A stretch of 63,158 nucleotides of DNA. Source: an uncultured Ruminococcus sp. GTDB lineage: Bacteria; Bacillota; Clostridia; Oscillospirales; CAG-272. Below, piece after piece: positions 33,296 to 42,901 of this stretch. Where the stretch lies: positions 1-63,158 of the forward strand of contig CAZUQN010000004.1 in assembly GCA_964622425.1 (NCBI GenBank), read 5' to 3'. A model generated the notes under the pieces. The model was not told the origin of the DNA. It saw nothing but the letters and a program-made list of their open reading frames with translations, and searched no databases. Made by a program: the position numbers and the translations under genes. Each line of letters begins with the position of its first letter. The stretch's first letter is position 1.

Positions 33296-34492
33296 ATGAT
33301 CAACGATAAGATGTATGCGCTCGGATCTCAGCGCTCCGAGATACGCGAGCTTTTTGAATACGGAAAGAAGAGGAAGGCCGAGATAGGCGAGGATAACGTC
33401 TTTGACTTCTCGCTCGGAAACCCTAGTGTTCCCTGCCCGGATAAGGTTAATGAGGCTATTGTCGCACTCGTCAAGAGCGGCGACTCGGTAAGCCTTCACG
33501 GCTACACGTCAGCGCAGGGCGATAAGGGTGTACGTGATGCTATCGCTTCGCATATATCAACGGCTCACGGCTTCGAGGTATCCGGTGACGATCTGTATCT
33601 CACAGTTGGCGCGGCGGCAGCTCTAACCTGCTCCCTGACTGCAACGGTGTGCTCCGGCGAGGAGGTTATTCTCCTGGCTCCTTATTTTCCCGAATACAAG
33701 GTTTTCACCCAGAGGACGGGAGCGAGCGTCAAGGTAGTCAAATGCAAGGAAGGAAGCTTCGAGCCTGATGCTGACGCGATCAAGTCGGCTATTACCGAAA
33801 GGACTGCGGCGATCATAGTTAACTCGCCCAACAACCCAACCGGAGCGGTATACTCCGAGAGTAGCATCAAGGCTATCGCAGAGGTCTTAAATGAGAAATC
33901 GAGCGAGTATGGAAGAGACATATATCTCATAGCGGACGAGCCTTACAGGGAGCTTGTCTTTGACGGTGTGAACGTGCCGTTTATTCCTAAGTATTACGAT
34001 AATACGATCGTATGCTATTCGTACAGTAAATCGCTCTCGCTCCCCGGTGAAAGAATAGGCTACTGCCTTGTCAGCCCGAGAGCAAACGAGCACCTGAGAG
34101 TGTATCTTGCGATATGCGGAGCGGGACGCGCGCTCGGTTACGTTTGCGCACCGTCACTCCTGCAAAAAGCAGTACCGTACTGCATCGGACTTTGCTCAGA
34201 TTTGAGCGTTTATGATAAAAATAGACAACTTTTGTTGACAAAACTTACCGAATACGGCTTTGAAGTAGTAAAGCCGCAAGGAGCATTCTATTTATTCATC
34301 AAGGCTCCGGGCGGTGATTCTAAGGCTTTTTCCAATGAGGCTAAGAAGCACGAGATCCTCATAGTCGCGAGCGACAGCTTCGGCTACAACGGATACGCGA
34401 GAATTTCCTACTGCGTAAAAACCGAACAGATAGAAAAGGCCCTCCCCGCCTTCCGCGCTTTAGCGAAGGACTTAGGGCTTAGCGGAGAATGA
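33296..34492 (+). CDS. PLP-dependent class I/II aminotransferase (aspartate/aromatic type)
   Basis: Motifs NSPNNPTGAVY and YSYSKSLSLPGERIGY (PLP lysine). GGAGGAA RBS. Confidence 0.9.
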   Translation: MINDKMYALGSQRSEIRELFEYGKKRKAEIGEDNVFDFSLGNPSVPCPDKVNEAIVALVKSGDSVSLHGYTSAQGDKGVRDAIASHISTAHGFEVSGDDLYLTVGAAAALTCSLTATVCSGEEVILLAPYFPEYKVFTQRTGASVKVVKCKEGSFEPDADAIKSAITERTAAIIVNSPNNPTGAVYSESSIKAIAEVLNEKSSEYGRDIYLIADEPYRELVFDGVNVPFIPKYYDNTIVCYSYSKSLSLPGERIGYCLVSPRANEHLRVYLAICGAGRALGYVCAPSLLQKAVPYCIGLCSDLSVYDKNRQLLLTKLTEYGFEVVKPQGAFYLFIKAPGGDSKAFSNEAKKHEILIVASDSFGYNGYARISYCVKTEQIEKALPAFRALAKDLGLSGE

Positions 34493-34495
34493 ATA

Positions 34496-35584
34496 ATGAA
34501 GAACAAGCTGACAGTTGCAAGAGAAAAAATCAATGAGATAGACCGCGAGATGGCAAGGCTCTTTGTTGAGAGACTTAAGGCCTCAGAGCTCGTTGCTGAA
34601 TACAAGCAGGAGCACGGTCTTGAAATACTCGATCCGATAAGAGAAGCGGAGGTAATAAGGCGTAATTCCGAGGCGGTCGAAAACGACGTTTACAGAGAAT
34701 ATTACGTCAACTTCCAGAAGAATACGATGTCGCTCTCAAGAGCGTATCAGGCAAGACTCCTCAAGGGAATGAAGGTAGCTTACTCGGGCACTGAGGGAGC
34801 GTATGCTCACCTTGCCGCGAAGAAGCTCTTCCCTACCGCCAAGACGATAGGCTACGGAAGCTTTGACGAGGCATACGCCGCGGTGGAAAAGGGCGAATGT
34901 GACGTTACTGTCCTCCCCATTGAAAACAGCTATAACGGAGACGTAGGACAGGTGAGCGACCTGATGTTCTCGGGTCCTCTGTACGTCAATACTGTGACAG
35001 AGCTGGCAATATCTCACGACCTGCTCGCGCCCAAGGGTACAAAGATCGAGGATATAAAAACGGTCATCAGCCATCCTCAGGCTCTCGGACAGTGTCACGG
35101 CTACATCGTCGAGCACGGATACTCGGAGATGGAGTTTGCGAATACTGCTCTCGCGGCAAAATACGTTTCGGAATCTACGGACGGTAAAACTGCGGCGATA
35201 GCGAGCGCTGAGGCTGCAGAGATATTCGGCCTTGAGGTGCTTGCGACAAATATAAACGAGTCGAGAAGCAATACTACGAGATTTGCAGTATTCTCGCGCT
35301 CGGAAAACAAGAATTCCATCACCGATAAGAGAGTGCATACGATACTTCTCTTCACCGTGCGTCACGAGGCGGGAGCGCTTGCTAAGGCGCTTGAAGTTAT
35401 CGCAAAATACGGCTTCAATATGGGAGCGCTTCGCTCACGTCCGATGAAGGAGCTGCTCTGGCAGTATTACTTCTACGTTGAAGCGGAGGGTAACCTCGAC
35501 AGCGAGGACGGAAGAAAAATGATGGAGGAGCTTAAGGCCTACTGTGACAGACTCAAGACCGTGGGCTCGTATACTGTAATCTGA
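34496..35584 (+). CDS. pheA: Bifunctional chorismate mutase / prephenate dehydratase
   Basis: N-terminal chorismate mutase helix bundle (REKINEIDREMARLFVERL...). PDT domain (VAYSGTEGAYAHLAA, NTTRFAVFS). C-terminal ACT domain. Confidence 0.9.
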   Translation: MKNKLTVAREKINEIDREMARLFVERLKASELVAEYKQEHGLEILDPIREAEVIRRNSEAVENDVYREYYVNFQKNTMSLSRAYQARLLKGMKVAYSGTEGAYAHLAAKKLFPTAKTIGYGSFDEAYAAVEKGECDVTVLPIENSYNGDVGQVSDLMFSGPLYVNTVTELAISHDLLAPKGTKIEDIKTVISHPQALGQCHGYIVEHGYSEMEFANTALAAKYVSESTDGKTAAIASAEAAEIFGLEVLATNINESRSNTTRFAVFSRSENKNSITDKRVHTILLFTVRHEAGALAKALEVIAKYGFNMGALRSRPMKELLWQYYFYVEAEGNLDSEDGRKMMEELKAYCDRLKTVGSYTVI

Positions 35585-35599
35585 TAAACGGAGTTAAAA

Positions 35600-36622
35600 A
35601 TGGCAGTTTTGAATATGAATCTCGGGGAGAACTCCTACCCTATCACGGTAGGCCAAGGACTCCTTGGAAGATGTAACGAATACTTCGATCTTAACCGAAA
35701 GGTATTTATAATAACCGATGAAGGTGTTCCGAATAAATATGCAAGCACTGTTGCGAATTTATGCAAGGAAGCTACCGTCTACACCGTAAAGCAGGGTGAA
35801 GGCTCAAAAAGCATCGGCACACTCGAGGACGTGCTTGTAGCTATGGCAAACGCCGAGCTCGGACGCTCAGACTGTGTGGTTGCGGTTGGCGGCGGTGTTG
35901 TCGGTGACCTCTCCGGATTTGCGGCATCGGTATATATGCGAGGCATAGATTTCTATAACGTACCAACCACCCTACTCTCCCAGGTCGACTCGTCGATAGG
36001 AGGTAAGACCGCGGTAAATCTTGGCGGTATAAAAAATATCGTAGGCGCTTTCAAGCAGCCGAAGGCGGTGCTAATAGACACAGACGTGCTTGACACTCTG
36101 CCGAAAAGACATATGGCGAGTGGTCTAAGTGAGGCAATCAAAATGGCGGCGACAAGTAACGCCGCACTCTTTGAAAGACTTGAGTCCATGAATGAGAGCG
36201 ATATATATAATAACATAGAAGAAATCATCGTCGAAGCACTCAAAATCAAGAAGGCAGTAGTGGAAGAGGATGAGAAGGAAACGGGCCTTAGAAAAATACT
36301 CAACTTTGGTCACACACTCGGCCACGGAATAGAAGCAAACGAGGACCTCGGCAAGCTATATCACGGAGAGTGCGTAGCTCTCGGAATGTTGCCTGTGACC
36401 TTCGGTGAGGCAAAGAAAAGGCTCTCGTCACTCCTTGAAAAAGTGTCCTTACCGACCGAATACTCGGGAGATATAGGCGCCGCGCTCAGCTTTGTTTCGC
36501 ACGATAAAAAGTGCGCATCCGGTAAGGTTTCGGTTATACGCTGCGAGAAGATCGGCGAGTGTAAGATCGAGTCTATGAGCATTGATGAATTCTCTAAATT
36601 AGTTCTTGATCACTATAATTGA
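35600..36622 (+). CDS. aroB: 3-dehydroquinate synthase
   Basis: GGGVVGDLSGFAASVYMRGIDFYNVPTTLLSQVDSSIGGKTAVN; metal-binding region NFGHTLGHGIE. Confidence 0.92.
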   Translation: MAVLNMNLGENSYPITVGQGLLGRCNEYFDLNRKVFIITDEGVPNKYASTVANLCKEATVYTVKQGEGSKSIGTLEDVLVAMANAELGRSDCVVAVGGGVVGDLSGFAASVYMRGIDFYNVPTTLLSQVDSSIGGKTAVNLGGIKNIVGAFKQPKAVLIDTDVLDTLPKRHMASGLSEAIKMAATSNAALFERLESMNESDIYNNIEEIIVEALKIKKAVVEEDEKETGLRKILNFGHTLGHGIEANEDLGKLYHGECVALGMLPVTFGEAKKRLSSLLEKVSLPTEYSGDIGAALSFVSHDKKCASGKVSVIRCEKIGECKIESMSIDEFSKLVLDHYN

Positions 36623-36659
36623 CAATAATTATTTGCAAATACCCCTTATAGGAGTAGAT

Positions 36660-37751
36660 ATGAAAAATACATTCGGAAACAATATATCCGTAACATTATT
36701 TGGCGAGAGCCACGGTGAGATGATCGGCGCAGTGCTCGACGGCCTTGGTGCAGGTGTTAAGATCGACTATGATCTTATAAAGAAGGAAATGGATAAAAGA
36801 CGCCCTTCGGGTAAAATATCCACATCAAGATGCGAGGCAGACGAGGTAAGGATAGTCAGCGGTGTAATGAACGGTTATTCAACAGGCACACCCATCACCG
36901 TCCTTATAGAAAATACAAACACCAAGAGCAAGGATTACTCAGCGCTCAAGGATACCCCAAGACCCTCACACGCAGACTATACCGCCGAGGTTAAATATCA
37001 CGGCTTCCAGGACTACCGAGGCGGAGGACACTTCTCGGGAAGGCTTACTGCACCCTTGGTCGCGGTCGGTGCTATCCTTATGTCTGCCCTTGCAGATAAG
37101 GGAATATATATCGGCACGCATATAAAGACTCTGCACGGAATTTGTGACAGAGATTTTTCCTCTATGAAGGAGGATATCGCGCTTCTTTCGGACAAGCACT
37201 TCCCCGCTCTCGATACCGAGTGTGAGAAGGCTATGAGAGAGGAGATACTCAAGGCGAAGGAGATGGGCGACAGTGTTGGCGGTATTCTTGAATCAGCTGT
37301 TATAGGTCTTGGCGCAGGCATAGGTGAGCCGTGGTTTGACTCGCTCGAGAGCACACTCTCACACGCGCTCTTCTCTATCCCCGGTATAAAGGGCGTGGAG
37401 TTTGGTCTCGGCTTCGGCTTTGCAGACAAATACGGCAGTGAAGCCAACGATCCCTTTGTGGTCGCAGACGAAAAAATATGCACAAAAACAAATAATAACG
37501 GCGGTATCAACGGAGGTATCTCCAACGGTATGCCGATCATTTTCAGAGTGGCGGTAAGACCTACTCCGTCTATATTCAAGGAGCAACAGACCGTCAGCCT
37601 CTCAAAAATGGAAAATACAACGCTAATGATAGAAGGCAGACACGATCCCGCTATCATTCACAGAGCAAGAGCCGTAGTAGATGCTGTAACGGCGATAGCT
37701 ATTGCCGACGCGCTGGCAACTGCATTCGGCACCTCATACCTCGGAGGATAA
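36660..37751 (+). CDS. aroC: Chorismate synthase
   Basis: MKNTFGNNISVTLFGESHG..., RPSHADYT and GGGHFSGR. Start moved to ATG 36660 (RBS TAGGAG); the track ORF begins at TTG 36606. Confidence 0.92.
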   Translation: MKNTFGNNISVTLFGESHGEMIGAVLDGLGAGVKIDYDLIKKEMDKRRPSGKISTSRCEADEVRIVSGVMNGYSTGTPITVLIENTNTKSKDYSALKDTPRPSHADYTAEVKYHGFQDYRGGGHFSGRLTAPLVAVGAILMSALADKGIYIGTHIKTLHGICDRDFSSMKEDIALLSDKHFPALDTECEKAMREEILKAKEMGDSVGGILESAVIGLGAGIGEPWFDSLESTLSHALFSIPGIKGVEFGLGFGFADKYGSEANDPFVVADEKICTKTNNNGGINGGISNGMPIIFRVAVRPTPSIFKEQQTVSLSKMENTTLMIEGRHDPAIIHRARAVVDAVTAIAIADALATAFGTSYLGG

Positions 37752-37752
37752 G

Positions 37753-38991
37753 ATGAAATACGGTCTGATAGGAGAAAAGCTCGGACACAGCTTCTCTAAG
37801 GAAGTTCACTCGATGCTCTCCGACTATGAATACGAAATACGCGAGATACCGAGAGATGAGCTCGACAGCTTTATGAAGAAGGCCGACTTTAAGGCTATTA
37901 ACGTCACAATTCCCTACAAGGAAAGCGTTATTCCCTACCTTAGCTATATCAGCGAGGAGGCAAAGAAAATCGGTGCGGTAAACACGATAGTCAACCGCGG
38001 CGGCAAGCTCTACGGCTACAACACAGACTTCCTTGGAATGACGGCAATGATCAAAAAAATGAGACTTTCTCTTGCCGGAAAGAAAACTGTGATACTCGGC
38101 ACAGGCGGCACGTCAAAGACCGCCTTTGCTGTTGCGCAAAGCCTTGGTGCAAGCCCGATCATTACCGTCAGCAGAACAAAAAGGGACGGTGTTATCGACT
38201 ACGGCGAGTTTATAAAGGATCACCTCGATGCCGAGATAATTATAAACACCACACCGGTTGGTATGTATCCAAACAATTACTCATCTGTGCTCGATATAAC
38301 GCCGTTCAAAAATCTTGAGGGTGTGATCGATGCGATATATAATCCGATCAGGACAAGACTTGTTATCGATGCGCTCGAGCGAGGTATCAAGGCAGAGGGC
38401 GGACTCTATATGCTTGTTGCTCAGGCAGTATACGCATCAGAGATCTTCCTCGACGTCAAGTACCCAATAGAGAGGCTTGACAAGATCTATAAGAAGATCA
38501 AAAGAAAAAAGGAAAATATCGTACTTATCGGAATGCCAGCCTCGGGAAAATCTACCGTTTCGGCCCTGCTTGCAAAGGACCTCTCAAGAAGGGTGCTTGA
38601 TACCGATCAGATGATAATCGACGCAAGAGGGATAAGCATACCCGAGATATTCGCGTCGGAGGGCGAGGTAGCCTTTAGAGATTACGAAAGTACGGAAATT
38701 GCAAATGCTAGTTTACAAAATAATCTAATTATCGCAACGGGCGGCGGCGCGATACTAAGAAAAGAAAATGTCAGAATGCTAAAGCAGAACGGAGTTCTTT
38801 TCTTTATCGACAGACCTTACGAAAAGCTCGTGCCTACCTCGGACCGCCCCTTAGCAAGTGATCTTGAGGCAATAAAAAGGAGATACGAGGAAAGATACGA
38901 TATTTACGTAAGAGAGGCTGATTTAGTGATCGACGCAGACGATCAGCCCGTAAACGTAGCAAAGAAAATTACCGGAGTGTTCTACAAATGA
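37753..38991 (+). CDS. aroE: Fused shikimate 5-dehydrogenase / shikimate kinase
   Basis: N-terminal AroE motifs (SFSKEVH, GAVNTIV, GYNTDFLG, GTGGTSK). C-terminal AroK P-loop IVLIGMPASGKST. ATG 37753 follows a GGAGGA RBS and the aroC stop. Confidence 0.9.
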   Translation: MKYGLIGEKLGHSFSKEVHSMLSDYEYEIREIPRDELDSFMKKADFKAINVTIPYKESVIPYLSYISEEAKKIGAVNTIVNRGGKLYGYNTDFLGMTAMIKKMRLSLAGKKTVILGTGGTSKTAFAVAQSLGASPIITVSRTKRDGVIDYGEFIKDHLDAEIIINTTPVGMYPNNYSSVLDITPFKNLEGVIDAIYNPIRTRLVIDALERGIKAEGGLYMLVAQAVYASEIFLDVKYPIERLDKIYKKIKRKKENIVLIGMPASGKSTVSALLAKDLSRRVLDTDQMIIDARGISIPEIFASEGEVAFRDYESTEIANASLQNNLIIATGGGAILRKENVRMLKQNGVLFFIDRPYEKLVPTSDRPLASDLEAIKRRYEERYDIYVREADLVIDADDQPVNVAKKITGVFYK

Positions 38992-39422
38992 AAAAGCTAT
39001 ATTACATAATCAACGGACCTAACATCAATATGCTCGGCATAAGAGAGCCTGAGCACTACGGCCAGGACAGCTACAAAGCACTCGTCAAGAGCGTAAAGGA
39101 TACAGCAAAGGAGCTTGGTGTGTCTGTTAAGCTCTACCAGTCAAATCACGAGGGAGACCTCGTTGACAAGATACAGGAGGCATACTTCAAGGGTGCATCG
39201 GGAATAGTTATAAATCCCGGCGCTTACACCCATACAAGCATTGCTCTGCTTGATGCAGTAAAGTCGACCAAGATCCCTACTGTCGAGGTGCATATCTCAA
39301 AGGTCGAGGAGCGCGAGGATTTTAGGCAGATAAGCTATATCAGTCTTGCCGCTGAGAAAAGAATTACCGGACACGGAATCGCCGGCTACTCGGAAGCGCT
39401 CAAATATCTCGCTTCTAAATAA
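38988..39422 (+). CDS. aroQ: Type II 3-dehydroquinate dehydratase
   Basis: INGPNINMLGIREPEHYG, SNHEGDLVDKIQ and INPGAYTHTSIAL. 4-nt overlap with the upstream gene. Confidence 0.92.
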   Translation: MKKLYYIINGPNINMLGIREPEHYGQDSYKALVKSVKDTAKELGVSVKLYQSNHEGDLVDKIQEAYFKGASGIVINPGAYTHTSIALLDAVKSTKIPTVEVHISKVEEREDFRQISYISLAAEKRITGHGIAGYSEALKYLASK

Positions 39423-39494
39423 GCTTTTTTGACTACTATTGTTTTCAAATATAAGCTTTATTTATCTTGTCAAGGATACTAAAAGGAAAATATA

Positions 39495-40709
39495 ATGAAC
39501 GTAAAAATAAATAAAGGAGTGCCTGAAGGAAGAGTCAACGCCCCGCCCTCAAAATCCATGGCGCACAGAATGCTGATCTCGGCGGCTATGGCATCGGGTA
39601 CAAGCAGAATACGTGGAATCTCCGACTGCGAGGACGTCAGAGCAACCATTGACTGCCTCGTTGCTCTGGGAGTACAAATCGAGCAAAGCGGAAACGACGT
39701 AACCGTCACGGGCGTTGATATGACCGCTTCGGCTCCGCGCTCTACACTGAACTGTAACGAGAGCGGAAGCACACTGAGATTCCTATTGCCAATCGCGCTC
39801 CTATCCGGCAAAAACACTCTGTTTATGGGCGCTGAGGGGCTTATGAAAAGGCCAATGAACGTCTATGAGGAGCTCTGCAAGAAAAAAAGGCTCAGCTACA
39901 ACGCGGACGGTGAAAGTATAGCCGTGCGCGGGCCTCTCTCGGCAGGCGAATTTGAGGTGGTCGGTAACGTGAGCAGTCAGTTTATCAGCGGTCTGCTCTT
40001 TGCCCTTCCCTGCCTTCAGTCCGACAGTAAAATCAAGATTATTCCTCCCATAGAAAGCAGGTCGTACATCGATCTAACCATTGAAGCACTCGCCCTCTTT
40101 GGCGTTGAGGTCAAATGGTCTGATGACACTACCCTTTACGTCAAGGGAGGACAGAAATACCGTCCCGCTGATCTTACCGTAGAAGGAGATTACTCGGGCG
40201 CGGCATTCATAGACTCCTTCTCACTCTTCGGCAGAGACGTCAGCGTTGACGGTCTTAACCCCGACAGCACGCAGGGTGACAAGGTCTACAAGCTCCTCTT
40301 TGATATGATAAAGCGAGGAGTACCCACGATACACATTGGAAATTGTCCCGATCTTGGGCCTATTCTCTTTGCGGCGGCAGCGGCAAAGCACGGCGCGGTC
40401 TTTACCGGAACGAAAAGACTTAAGATAAAGGAAAGCGACAGAGCGGCCGCAATGGCCAAGGAGCTGTCAAAATTCGGAGTATCCGTAACGGTATATGACG
40501 ATAAGGTGGTGGTCTACCCCGTGAGCTTTCACGCGCCGAGCGAGCCCTTATGCGGACACAACGACCACAGAATAGTAATGGCTTTGGCTGTCCTCTTGAC
40601 GCTTACGGGCGGAGAGATAACGGGCGCTGAGGCAATAAATAAGAGCTATCCCTCATTCTTCGAGGATCTTAGAGCGCTCGGAATTGAGGTTACAGAATAT
40701 GAAGCTTGA
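39495..40709 (+). CDS. aroA: 3-phosphoshikimate 1-carboxyvinyltransferase (EPSP synthase)
   Basis: PPSKSMAHRMLI, NESGSTLRFLLP, KESDR and DHRIVMALAV. Confidence 0.92.
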   Translation: MNVKINKGVPEGRVNAPPSKSMAHRMLISAAMASGTSRIRGISDCEDVRATIDCLVALGVQIEQSGNDVTVTGVDMTASAPRSTLNCNESGSTLRFLLPIALLSGKNTLFMGAEGLMKRPMNVYEELCKKKRLSYNADGESIAVRGPLSAGEFEVVGNVSSQFISGLLFALPCLQSDSKIKIIPPIESRSYIDLTIEALALFGVEVKWSDDTTLYVKGGQKYRPADLTVEGDYSGAAFIDSFSLFGRDVSVDGLNPDSTQGDKVYKLLFDMIKRGVPTIHIGNCPDLGPILFAAAAAKHGAVFTGTKRLKIKESDRAAAMAKELSKFGVSVTVYDDKVVVYPVSFHAPSEPLCGHNDHRIVMALAVLLTLTGGEITGAEAINKSYPSFFEDLRALGIEVTEYEA

Positions 40710-41562
40710 CAAGAATACAAAAATACTGATAATTGGTCTTGGCGTTATAGGCGGCGGATACGCCTCGGCGCTTACCGAAAAGGGATATAACGTCTCTTGC
40801 ATCACTAAGGAACAAAAGGACATTGATTACGCTCTTGAAAGAGGTATGATAAAATACGGCACGACAAAGGTCGATCCTGAGCTTATCAGCGAAGCTGAGC
40901 TTGTAATTTTCGCCCTCTATCCTACCGTCTTTATCGAGTGGATCGAAAAATACCAAAGGTATTTTAAACCGGGCACACTTATCACCGACGTAACCGGTGT
41001 CAAGGAAAGCGTTGTCGGCACTGTGCAGTCGATGTTAAGAGATGACGTTGAGTTCATCTCGGCGCACCCGATGGCGGGACGTGAAAGAAGCGGCGTTGAA
41101 TACTCAGACCCGCAGGTTTTCAAGGGCGCAAACTACATAGTCACCCCCACCGAGAAGAATACGGACGAGGCTATCGAGCTCTGCAAGAGCCTTGGCGAAA
41201 TACTCGGCTTTGCGAGAATAAGCGTGCTATCCCCCGAGGAGCACGACGAAATGATCGCCTTTCTCTCCCAGCTCACGCACTGCATAGCGGTGGCGCTGAT
41301 GACCTGCAACGAGGCGGAGGGACTTGAAAAATATACGGGTGACTCCTTCCGTGACCTCACGAGAATCGCAAAGATAAACGATGCGATGTGGAGCGAGCTT
41401 TTCCTTATGAACAAGGACGCGCTCATAAAGGAAATGGACGCTTTTGTCGGCGAGGTAGAGAAAATGAAGGAGATGCTCATCTTGGGTGACCGCGAGGGAC
41501 TCAGAGCCCTGATGCGCAAGTCGACCGAAAGGCGCTCGCTCTTCGATAAACCGACTGTGTAA
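40699..41562 (+). CDS. tyrA: Prephenate dehydrogenase
   Basis: Rossmann motif ILIIGLGVIGGGYA; ISAHPMAGRERSG. ATG 40699 is preferred over the track's TTG 40684. Confidence 0.88.
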   Translation: MKLDKNTKILIIGLGVIGGGYASALTEKGYNVSCITKEQKDIDYALERGMIKYGTTKVDPELISEAELVIFALYPTVFIEWIEKYQRYFKPGTLITDVTGVKESVVGTVQSMLRDDVEFISAHPMAGRERSGVEYSDPQVFKGANYIVTPTEKNTDEAIELCKSLGEILGFARISVLSPEEHDEMIAFLSQLTHCIAVALMTCNEAEGLEKYTGDSFRDLTRIAKINDAMWSELFLMNKDALIKEMDAFVGEVEKMKEMLILGDREGLRALMRKSTERRSLFDKPTV

Positions 41563-41623
41563 TGTCGGAAAATGTAATAAAACAAAGAATTTGTATTATA
41601 ATTGTACCGAAAGGACGGTAAAA

Positions 41624-42661
41624 ATGGAAAAGAATTTAACCTTCTACAGAAAGCTGCCTATACCGAAGGAAATTAAGGCAGAATTCCCTATATCAAAGGA
41701 GCTCGCCGAATTAAGACAAAAGCAGATACAAGAGATGAGCGACATCTTTGAGGGCAAGTCGCAAAGACTCCTGCTCATCATAGGCCCCTGCTCCGCAGAT
41801 GCCGAGAAGCCGGTTCTCGACTACATCTCGCGTCTGAGACGTGTGCAAGAGAAGGTGGCGGAAAAGATAATGATCGTGCCGAGAGTATACACCAACAAGC
41901 CCAGAACCACAGGTGAAGGCTACAAGGGTATGCTCCATCAGCCCAATCCAAATGAAGCGCCCGACCTGCTCAAGGGCATAGTTGCGATAAGACAGCTTCA
42001 CCTCAAGACTCTCTCGGAGACCGGCTTCTGCCCCGCTGACGAGATGCTCTATCCCGAAAATTACAGATACCTCTCGGATATACTCGGCTACGTTGCCATC
42101 GGCGCGCGCTCATCGGAAAACCAGCAGCACAGACTCGTCTCCAGCGGTATTGACGTGCCCGTAGGTATGAAGAATCCTACCGGCGGAGATATATCGGTAA
42201 TGATGAATTCAATAAAGGCGGCTCAGTCCGGCCACACCTTCCTTTACAGAGGCTGGGAGGTCGAGAGCAAGGGTAATCCTCTCTGCCATGCCATACTCCG
42301 CGGCTACGTGGACAAGCGCGGCCAGTCGCACCCCAACTATCACTTCGAGGACCTGTATTCTCTTTGGGAGACGTATCAGGCATCGGGACTCAAGAATCCC
42401 GCGGTAATAGTTGACACCAACCACTCAAACTCCGGCAAGAAATACCTCGAGCAGCCGAGAATCGCGAAGGAGATACTCCACAGCGCAAGATATTCTCCCG
42501 AGGTGCGCTCGCTCGTCAAAGGACTTATGATCGAGAGCTATATCGAGGACGGCTCGCAGAAGATATCCGACTGTGAGATATACGGAAAGTCCATAACAGA
42601 CCCCTGCCTCGGCTGGGATAAGACGGAAAAGCTCATCTACGACCTCGCGGACGTGCTCTGA
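41624..42661 (+). CDS. aroF: 3-deoxy-7-phosphoheptulonate (DAHP) synthase, class I
   Basis: Collinear with E. coli AroG-type enzymes: LLIIGPCS, RVYTNKPRTT, AIGARSSENQQHR, PVGMKNPTGG. ATG 41624 is preferred. Confidence 0.9.
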   Translation: MEKNLTFYRKLPIPKEIKAEFPISKELAELRQKQIQEMSDIFEGKSQRLLLIIGPCSADAEKPVLDYISRLRRVQEKVAEKIMIVPRVYTNKPRTTGEGYKGMLHQPNPNEAPDLLKGIVAIRQLHLKTLSETGFCPADEMLYPENYRYLSDILGYVAIGARSSENQQHRLVSSGIDVPVGMKNPTGGDISVMMNSIKAAQSGHTFLYRGWEVESKGNPLCHAILRGYVDKRGQSHPNYHFEDLYSLWETYQASGLKNPAVIVDTNHSNSGKKYLEQPRIAKEILHSARYSPEVRSLVKGLMIESYIEDGSQKISDCEIYGKSITDPCLGWDKTEKLIYDLADVL

Positions 42662-42670
42662 TAACAACAA

Positions 42671-42712
42671 GGAACAGATAAGAGACAAAAGCTCTCTGTC
42701 TGTTCCTTTTTT
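42671..42712 (+). terminator. Terminator of the aromatic amino-acid operon
   Basis: GGAACAGA / TCTGTTCC stem followed by TTTTTT. Confidence 0.65.
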
Positions 42713-42815
42713 CTTGCTTTAAATATAAAAAACTCGCTTATATAAGACACGTGTCAACTAATGATGTATATTAAATGAATAAGATGTAAATTCCTGTTTT
42801 TAGTCAAACTCGGTC

Positions 42816-42844
42816 TTGACTTTTACTTTGCGAAGTGGTAAGAT
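42816..42844 (+). promoter_or_regulatory. Promoter of the 1190-aa lipoprotein gene
   Basis: TTGACT, 17-nt spacer, TAAGAT with an extended -10 TG. Confidence 0.5.
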
Positions 42845-42901
42845 ATAGAATGGCTTTATATATTTTTACACGCGTTTATTATTTTTAAAAGGAGCAGATA
42901 T

